Assembly (NCBI GenBank): GCA_017306025.1
Contig: JAFKJJ010000540.1
Span: forward strand, 1,640 to 65,639
DNA: 64,000 nucleotides
Direction of reading: 5' to 3'
Source: Planctomycetota bacterium
GTDB taxonomy: Bacteria > Planctomycetota > Planctomycetia > Gemmatales > Gemmataceae
Within the stretch, counting starts at the first letter, position 1. Each line of letters starts with the position of its first letter. Of the stretch, positions 10,326 to 20,360 are shown in pieces. The position numbers were made by a program, and so were the translations under genes. Under the pieces are notes generated by a model that searched no databases, was not told the origin of the DNA, and saw only the letters and a program-made list of their open reading frames with translations.

Positions 10326-10676
10326 GTGCCCAGCGACGAGAAGCCGGAGCCCGAACCCGCACCCGCCGAGGAACCCAAGAAGCCCGCTCGCACGAAGCCG
10401 CGCGGGCGCAAGGCCGGCAAAAAGGCTTACCCCGTCCTCACCAAGAACCGGATGTTCGCCGGATTGGTGTGCGGGGTGCTCGTGTTCGCTCTTCTTGCAT
10501 TTCTGACGCTAATCTCGCTCGCCTTCTTTGGGAAAGACCCGCCGACGCAACTCCAGAGCCGGCTCGCGGACGTGTGCTACTTCGTGATTACGGCAACGAT
10601 CGGCGCGCTGGTCGGGCTGGTCGGGGGACGCGCGGCCGCGCCCGACACCTGGCAATCGGGCGAGCCGAAAACGTGA
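10326..10676 (+). CDS. Hypothetical two-TM membrane protein
   Basis: GAGGAG RBS. Two hydrophobic segments after a Pro/Lys-rich N-terminus. Confidence 0.75.
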   Translation: MPSDEKPEPEPAPAEEPKKPARTKPRGRKAGKKAYPVLTKNRMFAGLVCGVLVFALLAFLTLISLAFFGKDPPTQLQSRLADVCYFVITATIGALVGLVGGRAAAPDTWQSGEPKT

Positions 10677-10697
10677 TCGACCGCACCGTCCGACCGG

Positions 10698-12908
10698 CTA
10701 CTGCCCCAGGTGGATCTGATCGAACCGCGGCGCGGCGGCCGCGAACGCCGCCAGCAGCGTCGGGTCGAACTGCCCCTGCGAGTCCTGCGTCATCAGCCGC
10801 ACCGCCTGCGCGTGACTCAGCGGCGGCCGGTGCGGGCGGCGGCTCCGCAGCGCCTCGTACACCGCCACCAGTCCCGCCACCCGCGCCGACAGCGGGATCT
10901 CCTCGCCGATCAGGCCGTCCGGGTAGCCGCCCCCGTCCCACCGCTCGTGGTGGCACCGCGCGACGTCCGCCGCGATGTCCAGGCCCGGCACGTCCCCGCC
11001 GAACGTCTGCGCCACGCCCAGGAGCACCTCCGCGCCGATCGAACAGTGCGTCTGCACGATCGACCGCTCGGCCGCGTCCAGCCGGTCCGGCTTCAAGAGC
11101 GTGTGCCGCGGCACCCCCAACAGCCCGATGTCGTACACCGGCGCCACCGCCGACAGGAGCGCGACGTACCGCTCGTCCTTCAGCCGCGCGTACTCGCCCT
11201 CCTCGGGCACCGCGCGGGCCAGCGCGCGGACGTACCGCGCCACCCGCTGCCACTGCCCCTCGGAGATCAGTTGCGTCTCGGCCAACAGCCGCGAGACCGT
11301 GAGGGACAGCGCCTCGGCCGCCACCGGGCGGTCGTTGGCGACCGGCGGCGGGGTGACCGTCATCCCGACCGAGTCGCCCGTCCGCGACGGGCGCCGCATC
11401 AGGAGCGCGCGGACCCGCGAGAGGAACTCGACCGGCGTGAACGGCTTGTTGATAAAGTCGTCGGCCCCCGACACGGACAGCCCGCCCAGCGCCTCGGCCG
11501 GCAGCTCGCCGGACGTCAGGAGCACCTTCATCCGGATGCTCTCCAGCCCCGCGGCGCGGGCCTTGTCGATCAGGTCGGTGCCGGAAAGCCCCGGCAGCCC
11601 CACGTCCACCACCGCGAGGTCCGGCGGGTCCTGCAGGATCTCCGCCAGGGCCGCCTCGCCGTCCTCCGCCTCCCGGATGTCGTACTGGTCCTGCAACAGC
11701 ACCAGCATCAGCGCGCGGACGCTCGGGTCGTCTTCCACCAACAGCACCCGCGGGCGGCCCGGGTCGAGGACCCGCGACGACGCCGCGCCCGGCGCCGTGC
11801 CGTGCGGCAGCCACAGCGTGAAGCCGGTCAGCGCCGCGGACACGGTCCGCGCCGAGGGGAACCGCAACTCCGGGTCCGGTTCCATGAGCCGCGAGACGAG
11901 GTCGGACACCTCCGCGGGCACCTCCGGGCGCACCCGGCGCACCGGCTGCGGCGTGGTCGTGAACCGCCGGTGCAGGTCCTGGATCGGGTTGCCGGACTCC
12001 GGGTACGGGTCGCGGCCGGTCAGCGCCCAGTACAGCGTCGCGCCGAGGCTGAACAGGTCCGCCCGGCTGTCCACCGAGTGCGGGTCGCGGGCCTGCTCCG
12101 GGGCCATGTAGCCGATCGTGCCGAGCACCACGCCCGGCTCCGTCATCTGCTGCGTCGGCATCCGGGCGAGGCCGAAGTCGAGCACCTTCGCCTGCCCGTC
12201 CGGCGTCACCAGCACGTTGCTCGGCTTGATGTCGCGGTGGACCAGGCCGTGCCGGTGCGCCTCGCCGAGCGCGTCGGCCACCTGACGGAACAGGTCGCAG
12301 GCCCGCAGCGGGGAGAGCGGCCCGCGCTCGCGCACGAGCGTGAACAGGTCCTGGCCGGGGATCAGCTCCATCACGAAGTAGTCGCGGGGCGTCCCGCCCT
12401 TCGTGTGCCGGCCCGCGTCGAAACAGGTGACGATGTGCGGGTGCTGGAGCCGCGCGACGGCGCGGGCCTCGCCGTAGAACCGGTGGATCAGCCGCGGGCT
12501 GACGTCGGCCGAGCGGGCCATCACCTTCAGGGCCACCTGGCGGCGGAGCTGGAGGTGCTCGGCCCGGTACACGGTCCCCATCCCGCCCTGACCGAGCACG
12601 TCGAGGATGCGGTAGTTGCCGAGCACGAGGTCCTCGGCGCCGCCCTTGCGGATCGTTTCGAACTGGTAGCGGGTGAGCAGGTGCAGGTGGAGCAGTTTGG
12701 TCAGCAGGGACTCGGCCGAGACGATCCGGGTGAGGGCCTCGCGGTCGCCGAGCGGCACCTCCTCCCACTCTTCCGGCAGCAACACCTGGGTGGCGAGCAG
12801 GCGCGACAGCAGGGATTGCGCGGGGGGGATCGCGGCTTCCATCGTTCCGGCGTTCATCGCGCTCACGTGCCCCAGTTCGGTGTGGACCGCATCGAACATC
12901 GGCGTCAT
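10698..12908 (-). CDS. Ser/Thr protein kinase - receiver (REC) - degenerate HD-GYP fusion
   Basis: [24 protein letters not shown]; then LLVEDD..VVDVGLP..FINKPF; then [23 protein letters not shown]. Confidence 0.92.
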   Translation of the reverse strand: MTPMFDAVHTELGHVSAMNAGTMEAAIPPAQSLLSRLLATQVLLPEEWEEVPLGDREALTRIVSAESLLTKLLHLHLLTRYQFETIRKGGAEDLVLGNYRILDVLGQGGMGTVYRAEHLQLRRQVALKVMARSADVSPRLIHRFYGEARAVARLQHPHIVTCFDAGRHTKGGTPRDYFVMELIPGQDLFTLVRERGPLSPLRACDLFRQVADALGEAHRHGLVHRDIKPSNVLVTPDGQAKVLDFGLARMPTQQMTEPGVVLGTIGYMAPEQARDPHSVDSRADLFSLGATLYWALTGRDPYPESGNPIQDLHRRFTTTPQPVRRVRPEVPAEVSDLVSRLMEPDPELRFPSARTVSAALTGFTLWLPHGTAPGAASSRVLDPGRPRVLLVEDDPSVRALMLVLLQDQYDIREAEDGEAALAEILQDPPDLAVVDVGLPGLSGTDLIDKARAAGLESIRMKVLLTSGELPAEALGGLSVSGADDFINKPFTPVEFLSRVRALLMRRPSRTGDSVGMTVTPPPVANDRPVAAEALSLTVSRLLAETQLISEGQWQRVARYVRALARAVPEEGEYARLKDERYVALLSAVAPVYDIGLLGVPRHTLLKPDRLDAAERSIVQTHCSIGAEVLLGVAQTFGGDVPGLDIAADVARCHHERWDGGGYPDGLIGEEIPLSARVAGLVAVYEALRSRRPHRPPLSHAQAVRLMTQDSQGQFDPTLLAAFAAAAPRFDQIHLGQ

Positions 12909-13190
12909 CCGGTTCCTCCCCGTCGCGGTGGCGAACGGATCGCGGCGGGCGTTCCGACGAGCCGGGCGCGGGCTCTCCACGCACTGCGGCCTCCGTATGG
13001 AATTTGGGTCACGAATAACGCGATGACAACCGCCGGGGCCGAGAACCGCCGGATACGGGCGGAAACGCGCGCGCCTTCACGCCCGCAGCGTGAAATGTTT
13101 GTCGCGGCGTGAACAAATCGTTCTAGCGTTGACTAGTGAGATGAGGAGCGACAACAAATGCTGAAGCGGCACCAACAACCACAAACGCGA

Positions 13191-13234
13191 GAGGTCCGGT
13201 ATTGGCGACAACTTTGTCGCCAATACCGGACCTC
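13191..13234. terminator. Long hairpin downstream of metK
   Basis: GAGGTCCGGTATTGGCGACAA / TTGTCGCCAATACCGGACCTC perfect 21-nt inverted repeat. Confidence 0.65.
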
Positions 13235-13249
13235 CGGCCGACCCCGCAA

Positions 13250-14515
13250 TTACGCCCCGGCCGCCTTCTTCAGCGCGTCGGCCTTGTCCGTCTTCTCCCA
13301 CGAGAACTCCGGCCGCTCGCGGCCGAAGTGGCCGTTGCGCGCCGTCTCGCGGTAGATCGGACGGCGCAGGTCCAGCGAGCCGATGATCCCCTTCGGCGTG
13401 AGTTCGAAGTGCGTGCGGATCAGCTCGATCAGTTTCTCTTCCGGCACCTTCGCGGTCCCGTTCGTGTTCACCCAGATGTTGAGCGGGTCCGGGTAGCCGA
13501 TGGCATACGAGAGCTGCACTTCGCACTCGCGGGCCAGACCGGCCCTCACGATGTTCTTGGCGATGTACCGGCAGATGTAGGCGGCCGAGCGGTCCACCTT
13601 CGTCGGGTCCTTGCCGCTGAAGGCCCCGCCGCCGTGCCGCCCGCGCCCGCCGTAGGTGTCCACAATGATCTTGCGGCCGGTCAGGCCGCAGTCGCCGTGC
13701 GGGCCGCCCGTCAGGAAGCAGCCCGTCGGGTTGATGTGGCACGCGATGTCGTTCTCACCGAGCTTCGGGGACTTTTTGCCCGGTTGGATCATCACCAGGT
13801 TGCCCTTCACCAGATCCTTGCGGTCGGCTTCGAGCGTGGGGCGGATGAGCTTGTCGATTACGATCTGCCGCGCGTCGTCGGTGAAGTAGTCGTGGCCGTC
13901 CTGCGAAACCATCACCTCGCGGGTGTGCTGCGTGCTGATGACGACGGTGTGGATGCGGTGCGGGGTGCCGTCGGCGTTGTACTCGACGGTCACCTGGCTC
14001 TTGGCGTCCGGCCGCAGCCACTTCAGCGCGCCGGACTTCCGCATGTCCGCGTGCTTCTCGACCAGCCGGTGCGCGAGGTGAATGGGGAGCGGCATGAGGG
14101 TCGGGGTCTCGTCGCACGCGAAGCCGAACATCAGCCCCTGGTCGCCCGCGCCGCCGACGTCCACCCCCTGGCTGATGTGCGGGCTTTGTGCGTGGATGCG
14201 GCAGTCGACCTGGCACGCGTCGGCGGTGAAGCCGATCTCCTCGCGCTCGGCCTGGTCCTTCGCCACGTAGCCGATCTCGCGGATCACCTCGCGGACGAGC
14301 GCGTCCACGGCCTCGCGGGTGAGGTTGGCCTTCGTGGTGATCTCGCCGGCGACGACCGCGAGGTCGGTGGTGACGAGCGTCTCGCACGCGACCCGGCTGG
14401 CGGGGTCGGCCTTGAGGCAGAAGTCGAGGACCGCGTCGGAGATCTGGTCGGACACCTTGTCCGGGTGCCCCATCGACACGGATTCGCTGGTGAACAGGTA
14501 GCGACTAGCGCTCAC
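13250..14515 (-). CDS. metK: S-adenosylmethionine synthetase
   Basis: [49 protein letters not shown]. Confidence 0.98.
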   Translation of the reverse strand: MSASRYLFTSESVSMGHPDKVSDQISDAVLDFCLKADPASRVACETLVTTDLAVVAGEITTKANLTREAVDALVREVIREIGYVAKDQAEREEIGFTADACQVDCRIHAQSPHISQGVDVGGAGDQGLMFGFACDETPTLMPLPIHLAHRLVEKHADMRKSGALKWLRPDAKSQVTVEYNADGTPHRIHTVVISTQHTREVMVSQDGHDYFTDDARQIVIDKLIRPTLEADRKDLVKGNLVMIQPGKKSPKLGENDIACHINPTGCFLTGGPHGDCGLTGRKIIVDTYGGRGRHGGGAFSGKDPTKVDRSAAYICRYIAKNIVRAGLARECEVQLSYAIGYPDPLNIWVNTNGTAKVPEEKLIELIRTHFELTPKGIIGSLDLRRPIYRETARNGHFGRERPEFSWEKTDKADALKKAAGA

Positions 14516-14812
14516 GGCGGTCCTCTCCTTGGGAGGCGTGTGAAATTCCTAAGAGTAAAGATGTGCGTGTTATACCCGGCCGTGCGGGCCGGGGCAATTC
14601 GAGTGTGCCCGCGGCCGCCCGCCCCTTCCCGCTCCGGGAAAGTGCCCCTACAATCACCGTTCCGAGTTTTTAGCCCCGTGAGAACGGGGTTTTGCGAACG
14701 GCCCGACTCGGACCGCGGACACCGACCGCGGGGCCGTTCGCGCCAGGGTGCCAACGGGGAACCAAGACGGAGGCGATTCGCCCTCCGCCCCCGCGCACGG
14801 AGTATCGAACCA

Positions 14813-15019
14813 ATGGCCACCAAGAACAAGACGAACAAGAGCGTCAAGAAGCGGGTCAAGGTGACCGCGACCGGCAAGCTGAAGTACGGCAAGGTCGGTC
14901 GGCGCCACCTGAACGCGCACATGAAGGCGAAGCGGAAGCGCCAGCTCCGTCGGGCCGGCGTCATCGCCGGCCGCGCACGCGTGCAGAAGAAGTACAAGAT
15001 CGCGCTGGGCCTGCTGTAA
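14813..15019 (+). CDS. rpmI: 50S ribosomal protein L35
   Basis: MATKNKTNKSVKKRVKVTATGKL..RRHLN..K.KRQLR, directly upstream of rplT. Confidence 0.95.
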   Translation: MATKNKTNKSVKKRVKVTATGKLKYGKVGRRHLNAHMKAKRKRQLRRAGVIAGRARVQKKYKIALGLL

Positions 15020-15111
15020 GCCGCACGGCGGCCAGAACCCGCCGCCCTTGCGGGCGGGGTTCGCCTTCACCGCTCTCGTTCATCTACACTCGTTCATAAG
15101 GGGAATTGGTC

Positions 15112-15489
15112 ATGGTTCGCGCACGCAGTAAGGCGACGACGGCGGCCCGCAAGAAGCGGCTGCGGAAACTGACGAAGGGGTTCCGCCTCAGCCGGCACAA
15201 CCTGTACCGGATGGCGAAGGTCACGCTCCTGAAGGCGCGGACCTACGCGTTCCGCGACCGCAAGGCGAAGAAGCGGCAGTTCCGCCGGCTGTGGATCGTC
15301 CGGATCAACGCGGCCTGCCGGATGCGCGGCATGCGGTACAGCGAGTTCATGTACGGGCTGCAACTGGCGAGCGTGGCCCTCGACCGCAAGTCGCTGTCGG
15401 AAATCGCCATTCACGACCCGGCCGCGTTCGACAAGCTCGTCGAACTGGCCCGCAAGCACCTGCCGAAGCCGGAAGCCGCCAAGAAGTAG
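15112..15489 (+). CDS. rplT: 50S ribosomal protein L20
   Basis: AFRDRKAKKRQFRRLWIVRINAA..YSEFM..L....LDRKSLSEIA. Confidence 0.97.
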   Translation: MVRARSKATTAARKKRLRKLTKGFRLSRHNLYRMAKVTLLKARTYAFRDRKAKKRQFRRLWIVRINAACRMRGMRYSEFMYGLQLASVALDRKSLSEIAIHDPAAFDKLVELARKHLPKPEAAKK

Positions 15490-15508
15490 GCCCCGCAAGG
15501 ACGGTCCC

Positions 15509-15583
15509 GGTGAACCCGCCCGCAAGGGCGGTGGGTGGCGCTGAAGTGTCGCGCCACCCACCGCCCTTGCGGGCGGGTTCACC
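15509..15583. repeat. REP-like doublet (33-bp perfect inverted arms); partial copy at ~15042-15062
   Basis: GGTGAACCCGCCCGCAAGGGCGGTGGGTGGCGC and its reverse complement, 9-nt loop. Each arm has an internal CCGCCC-GCAA-GGGCGG hairpin. Confidence 0.85.
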
Positions 15584-15689
15584 ATTCCACCTTCATCCTT
15601 TCCATATAATCGTTCACGTTTTGCAACGCCGAGCGATCCCAAGCGAAGTACAGTGCGAGTAGCACATCCGTACCTCTCAGGGTTTGCCC

Positions 15690-17120
15690 ATGACTCCTGA
15701 CCGCGCCGACCTGCTCGCGCGTATCCTGGCCTTCGACATCGACGGTGGCGAAGTGGCGCTTCCTTTCGCGGCCCGCCTCGCCCGCGAGAACGGCTGGTGC
15801 CGATCCTACGCCGAGCGCGTCATCGAAGAGTACAAGCGGTTCGCCTTCCTCGCGGCAGCCGGAAACACCGTCTGCCCGTCCGAAGACGTGGACGCGGCGT
15901 GGCACCTGCACCTCACCTACACCAAGTCCTACTGGAAACGGTTTTGCGGCGAAGTTCTCGGCCGGCCGCTGCATCACGAGCCGACGAAGGGCGGTCCGGC
16001 CGAGGGCGAGAAGCACCTCGAAATGTACGCCGACACGCTCACCGCTTACCGCGAGGCGTTCGGCCGCTCGGCCCCCGCGGACGTCTGGCCCCCGGCCGCG
16101 GAGCGGTTCGGCGCCGACATGCACCACCGCGCGGTGAATACCACCCGCAACTGGGTGATTCCGAAGGCCCCCGTGAAACGCGCCACGGGGCTCGTGCTCG
16201 CGTTCGCGGTGGTCGCGGTGCTCGTCCCCGGCTGCGACGGCGGATGGAACCCGTTTGCCCTCAAAAACGCCGATTTCCTCACCGTGCTGGCGGTTTCGCT
16301 GGTCGGGGCGGTGTGCGTCGGCCGGGTGGTGCGGTCGGTTCTGCGGAAGCCGAACCCCGCCCCCGAAGATGACGCGACCGAACTCGACTGGGAGCAGACC
16401 GCGTATCTTGCGGGCGGTGCGGGCCGGCTCATGACGGCCGCGGTCGCACGGGTGGTCGGCCGCGGGTTGGCGGACGTGACCGCCGACGGCACGCGGTTGC
16501 GGCTCACCGGCCCGGTGCCGAACGACGTGAGCCGTGTCGAGAAGGCGGTACTCGATGGGCTGCCGGTGAGCAACGACACGACCGCGCTGAAGCCGCTCCA
16601 GGACGCAGTGGAGGCCGCGTTCGCGCGGGAGGCCGACCGGATGGAGATGAACGGGCTGACGCTGACGACCGCGGACAAAATACGCATCGGGCTGGCCTCG
16701 CTAATCCCGCTCGCACTGGTTCTGCTGTGCCTCGCGACCCCGCGGCTGGTAATGGGGGTTCAGGGGAACAAGCCGACCGGCTACCTCCAAACGATGATGG
16801 CCGTTGGCGGGGTCCTGGGGTTGATCCTCGCGCTCGCCGGCTCACTCCGGTTGAGCAACCGCGGACAGGCGCTGTTGGCGAAGCAGAAAGAGCGACACGA
16901 GGCGCTCAAGAGTGGGACGAAGTGGGAGCACAACGAGCAGGCCGGGATGGCGGTGGCGCTGTTCGGCACGGCGGTGCTGGCCGGAACCGCGATCGCCACG
17001 CTGCAAACGTGGTACCCGCGGCAGACGAGCGAGGCGTCGGGCGGGTGCAGCACCGGCTGCGGTTCGGGCTGCGGCGGGGGCGGGGGATGTGGTGGCGGGT
17101 GCGGCGGGGGCGGGGACTGA
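15690..17120 (+). CDS. TIGR04222-type membrane protein with N-terminal glycine-rich-domain-family region and Gly/Cys-rich tail
   Basis: RLARENGW..EYKRF..PSEDVDAAWHLHL.YT..Y, AYLAGG, C-terminal GGCSTGCGSGCGGGGGCGGGCGG. Confidence 0.85.
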   Translation: MTPDRADLLARILAFDIDGGEVALPFAARLARENGWCRSYAERVIEEYKRFAFLAAAGNTVCPSEDVDAAWHLHLTYTKSYWKRFCGEVLGRPLHHEPTKGGPAEGEKHLEMYADTLTAYREAFGRSAPADVWPPAAERFGADMHHRAVNTTRNWVIPKAPVKRATGLVLAFAVVAVLVPGCDGGWNPFALKNADFLTVLAVSLVGAVCVGRVVRSVLRKPNPAPEDDATELDWEQTAYLAGGAGRLMTAAVARVVGRGLADVTADGTRLRLTGPVPNDVSRVEKAVLDGLPVSNDTTALKPLQDAVEAAFAREADRMEMNGLTLTTADKIRIGLASLIPLALVLLCLATPRLVMGVQGNKPTGYLQTMMAVGGVLGLILALAGSLRLSNRGQALLAKQKERHEALKSGTKWEHNEQAGMAVALFGTAVLAGTAIATLQTWYPRQTSEASGGCSTGCGSGCGGGGGCGGGCGGGGD

Positions 17121-17124
17121 CCTG

Positions 17125-17206
17125 AGAAGTCACAAGTCGTAAAGTCGAAGACATCGACGGTGAATGTCTTCGACTTTACGACTTGCGACCTTACGACTTG
17201 TGACCT
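17125..17206. repeat. Heptamer-based (AAGTCGT-like) palindromic element, copy 1
   Basis: CAAGTCGTAAAGTCGAAGACAT (17133-17154) inverted at 17164-17185. Related copy at ~20.3 kb. Confidence 0.85.
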
Positions 17207-17209
17207 GTC

Positions 17210-19036
17210 TCATTTCTTCTCTTTGGAGAGCCAGTCACGCCACTCGGCGGCGGTGGCGAAGTCCTTACCGGTCAGGCTCTTGAGGCCCGCTTTCGCGGCC
17301 CGCACCACGGACCCGTCGCCGTCGGACATCGCGGCCACGAGGTCGGGGATGTGGTCCTTGTCGTCCTTCATCGCGCAGGCGAGCGCAGCGGCCCGGCGCA
17401 ACTCGGCCTCGTTCGCCTGGAGCATCGCGCGGAGCGTGGTCGGCGTCATCCGGCACAGCCGCTCGGCCAGCGCGTCGCGAACGGCCTTCTTGCGGTCGCC
17501 GTCCACGTTGTTCGCGAGCACGACCAAGGCGCGGGTGTTGTTCGCCCCCTTCGCGTCGCGGGTCGAGGCGAGCAACTTCGACCAATCGGCGCCGGAGGAC
17601 TTGAGCAGCTTCGACGCCAGCGCGATCGCCTCGTCGCCGGTCGGGTTGGGCAGGTCGAGCACCGGCGCGGCCGCGGGAGCCGGTCGGGTCGGGAGCAGAT
17701 CGGTCGCCGGCGAGCCGGCGCCGGCCCGCATTTCGGTGTTGACCGGGTCCTTTTGGACCTTGCCGGACAGGTCGCGGGCCAGGTTCGAGCGGGCCAGGAA
17801 CAGGACCGCGAACGCGGTGTTCACCTCGACCCCGTAACTGCCGAGGTTCCAGGTGCCGTCGTTGGCCTGTGAGCGGACCAGTGCGGTCGAGCCGATGTCG
17901 TACCAGTCGAACCCGCCGATCTTGTCCACGCCGTAGATGACGCCGACGCGCTCCACCGACCAGAGGAAGTACAGGTCGCCGTGGCCGTGGCCGCCGGTCC
18001 CGTTGTCGAAGAGCAGACCCTTACCGCCGCGGATCTGATCGGCGATGGTGAGCCCCAGCCCGGCGAAGGCGCGCTGCACGGTGGCGTCGCGGGTGTCGGT
18101 CGGCCGGGCGTCCTCTTTTTTGGGCGGCGGTGCCGCGGCGGGCGGGTTGTAGAACGGGTCGCTCGGCTTGGCCGGGTCGACCTTCGGCTTCGGCTTGGCG
18201 GGCGTCTCGCCCTTCCGCTTCTCCTCGCGCCGGGCCACCGCGGTCGCCATCCCGAGCAGTCCGGCGCAGTACATCGACGGGCTGCCGACGCCCATCCCGG
18301 CGGCCGCCCCCCCGGAGTACGACCAGTTCCCGGTGCGCGGGTCCTGGCTCCCCACGAACCGCTTCTCGATCAGCTCCAGCGCGTTCTCGACCGGGACGCC
18401 GTGCTTGCGGGCCATCCACACAGCGAGCACCCCGAACTGCGTGTTCGAGTTGTCGTCGGCGCCCCCTGTGCCGCCCCCGACCGCGTTGCGCCCCGCGGCC
18501 AGGGCCTGACCGTACTTCTCGACGTCCGGGTGGAGTTTCCCCGGCCCCTGGTCCGCCCTCAGCGCCTTCAACCACTTCACGTCGTCCGCCGAGGGCTGCG
18601 CGCAGCACTGGTAGCTCCACCCGCCGGCGACGGTCTGTCCGACCAGGAGGCGGACCCCGAGGATCTGAATGCGGAGCACGTCGGCCGGGTCGCCGTAGCG
18701 GTCCAGGTACATCAGGCACAGCGCGATCTGGTAGGTGCCCGTCTGGGTGTAGCACGCCTCCCGCACCGTCCCGGTGATGGCCTTCACCGCCGGGTCGTCG
18801 ACGGGAACGCCGGCCTCCAGGAGCGCCAGGCCGGCCAGACAGGTGGCGCCGAGCCCCTGGCCGTCGCCCCCGACCGCAGCAGCCGGGGCGCCGCCCTTGT
18901 AGCGGGCCTTGAGGGCGTCGCTCCCGGCCTTGAGCGCCCGCTCGACCTCCTTCGGGGTGGCGCCGGACGCGGGCGGGGCCGACACCGCGAAGAGCAGCCC
19001 CAGGAGCCCGGCGGCTCGAACGAGTTTCGGGAGCAC
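17210..19036 (-). CDS. Secreted protein with prenyltransferase/squalene-cyclase-like repeats and C-terminal HEAT repeats
   Basis: Signal peptide; Q...GGWSY, DNSNTQFGVLA, YFLWSVERVG, Q.NDGTW, TAFAVLFL; RRAAALAC..VVRAAKAGLKSLTG. Confidence 0.75.
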   Translation of the reverse strand: MLPKLVRAAGLLGLLFAVSAPPASGATPKEVERALKAGSDALKARYKGGAPAAAVGGDGQGLGATCLAGLALLEAGVPVDDPAVKAITGTVREACYTQTGTYQIALCLMYLDRYGDPADVLRIQILGVRLLVGQTVAGGWSYQCCAQPSADDVKWLKALRADQGPGKLHPDVEKYGQALAAGRNAVGGGTGGADDNSNTQFGVLAVWMARKHGVPVENALELIEKRFVGSQDPRTGNWSYSGGAAAGMGVGSPSMYCAGLLGMATAVARREEKRKGETPAKPKPKVDPAKPSDPFYNPPAAAPPPKKEDARPTDTRDATVQRAFAGLGLTIADQIRGGKGLLFDNGTGGHGHGDLYFLWSVERVGVIYGVDKIGGFDWYDIGSTALVRSQANDGTWNLGSYGVEVNTAFAVLFLARSNLARDLSGKVQKDPVNTEMRAGAGSPATDLLPTRPAPAAAPVLDLPNPTGDEAIALASKLLKSSGADWSKLLASTRDAKGANNTRALVVLANNVDGDRKKAVRDALAERLCRMTPTTLRAMLQANEAELRRAAALACAMKDDKDHIPDLVAAMSDGDGSVVRAAKAGLKSLTGKDFATAAEWRDWLSKEKK

Positions 19037-19118
19037 GGCTCGGCCCTCGACGTGAACGAAATGGCGCCCGTTAATCTAACACGTCCGGGGGCGGTGTGCG
19101 ACGGAGAACCGGGGCGGA

Positions 19119-20249
19119 CTACTTTACCGTCAACTCGACCGGAATGAGGTGATTAATCATGTACGTGCGCCGATCCGGGTCGCGCTTCTCCGGCTGCGTG
19201 TTGCCCTTGTCGTCGGTGGCGCGGGCGAGCAGCTTGAGCGGCCCAGCCGCGGGGGCAAACGTCGCACGCCAGCGCGCCGCCTTCAGCGGCTCCGACTTCT
19301 CCAGCACGGCCGCCGCCCAGGTCTTGCCGCCGTCGGCGCTCACCTCGACCTTCGCAACCGCGTTCTCTCCGGCCCACGCGAAGCCCTCGATCGCGTGCTT
19401 CTCTCCGGCCTTCAGCACCGCGCCGGGCACCGGATTCGTGACGACCGCCTTCGGCTGGATCGCGGCGAGCGGCACCAGTTGCGGGACGCCCTCCTTCGTC
19501 CGCTCCCAGTACGAGTAGTCGATCGTCTGCCAGTAGCCGATGTGCGGCCGGTCGAGCACGACGATCCGCGACAGCCACTTCACCGCCGCCATGCCGTACC
19601 ACCCGCCGACGATCGCCCGCAGGGGCGCGCCGTGGCTGACGGGCAGCGGGGCCTCGTTCATGCCCCAGGCCACGAGCGTTTCGTCCTTCTTGGCCTTCGC
19701 CAGCGGAATCCCGCGATCGAAGTTGATGGCGCCGGGGGTCGCGGGGTCGGCGATCGCGCCCTTGTCCGCGCCGATGAGCACCACGTCGCCGGCGCCGGCC
19801 TTCACCTTCGCGCGTTCCAGAACCGCGCCGAGCGGCACGCCGGTCCACTTCGCCTGTCCGACCGCGCCGTGCCCCCACTGTGCCCCGCGCACGGGCGGGA
19901 CGAGGAACACGCGGCCGTTGCCCGCGCACTCCAGCACGATCTCGCGCGTCACGGCCCCCATCTTCTTCAGGTCGTCGAGCGTCAGTTCCAGTTCGTTCTC
20001 GACGTGCCCCTCGACGGTCAGCTTGAACGTCTTGAGGTCCACGTCGGGCAACGAGAAGTGGTCCCGCACGTAGAACTTCCCGGTGTCGGTCGAGAAGAGG
20101 TCGGAGAGGGGCGTTTCGAGGTTCCGCGGCTCGCGCACGCGGACGACGAGCGGCTCGGCGCGGGCGGGTGAAGCGAGCCGCGGGTGCAACCCGGCCGCGA
20201 GTGCGGCCGCCGGCGCGGTACGGAACAGGTCGCGACGCGAAAGAGGCAT
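19119..20249 (-). CDS. Sulfite-oxidase-family molybdoenzyme, Tat-exported
   Basis: SRRDLF Tat motif, FYVRDH, LECAGNGR, HGAPLRAIVGGWYG..VKWL, C-terminal dimerisation domain. Confidence 0.92.
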   Translation of the reverse strand: MPLSRRDLFRTAPAAALAAGLHPRLASPARAEPLVVRVREPRNLETPLSDLFSTDTGKFYVRDHFSLPDVDLKTFKLTVEGHVENELELTLDDLKKMGAVTREIVLECAGNGRVFLVPPVRGAQWGHGAVGQAKWTGVPLGAVLERAKVKAGAGDVVLIGADKGAIADPATPGAINFDRGIPLAKAKKDETLVAWGMNEAPLPVSHGAPLRAIVGGWYGMAAVKWLSRIVVLDRPHIGYWQTIDYSYWERTKEGVPQLVPLAAIQPKAVVTNPVPGAVLKAGEKHAIEGFAWAGENAVAKVEVSADGGKTWAAAVLEKSEPLKAARWRATFAPAAGPLKLLARATDDKGNTQPEKRDPDRRTYMINHLIPVELTVK

Positions 20250-20263
20250 GGGAAAGCTCCGTG

Positions 20264-20360
20264 AGTCGAAGGGCGTAAGGTCCCAGGTCGTAAAGTCGAA
20301 GACATCAGCCGTAGAGGCCTTCGACTTTACGACCTGGGACCTCACGACTTGGGACCTTCT
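20264..20360. repeat. Heptamer-based palindromic element, copy 2
   Basis: 24-bp perfect arms 20278-20301 / 20319-20342. Shares GTCGTAAAGTCGAAGACATC with the 17.1 kb copy. Confidence 0.85.

Noticed and set aside
14516-14640. SAM riboswitch upstream of metK
   Set aside because: No SAM-I/II consensus recognisable. A TATAAC box lies only ~55 nt before the start, leaving a short leader.
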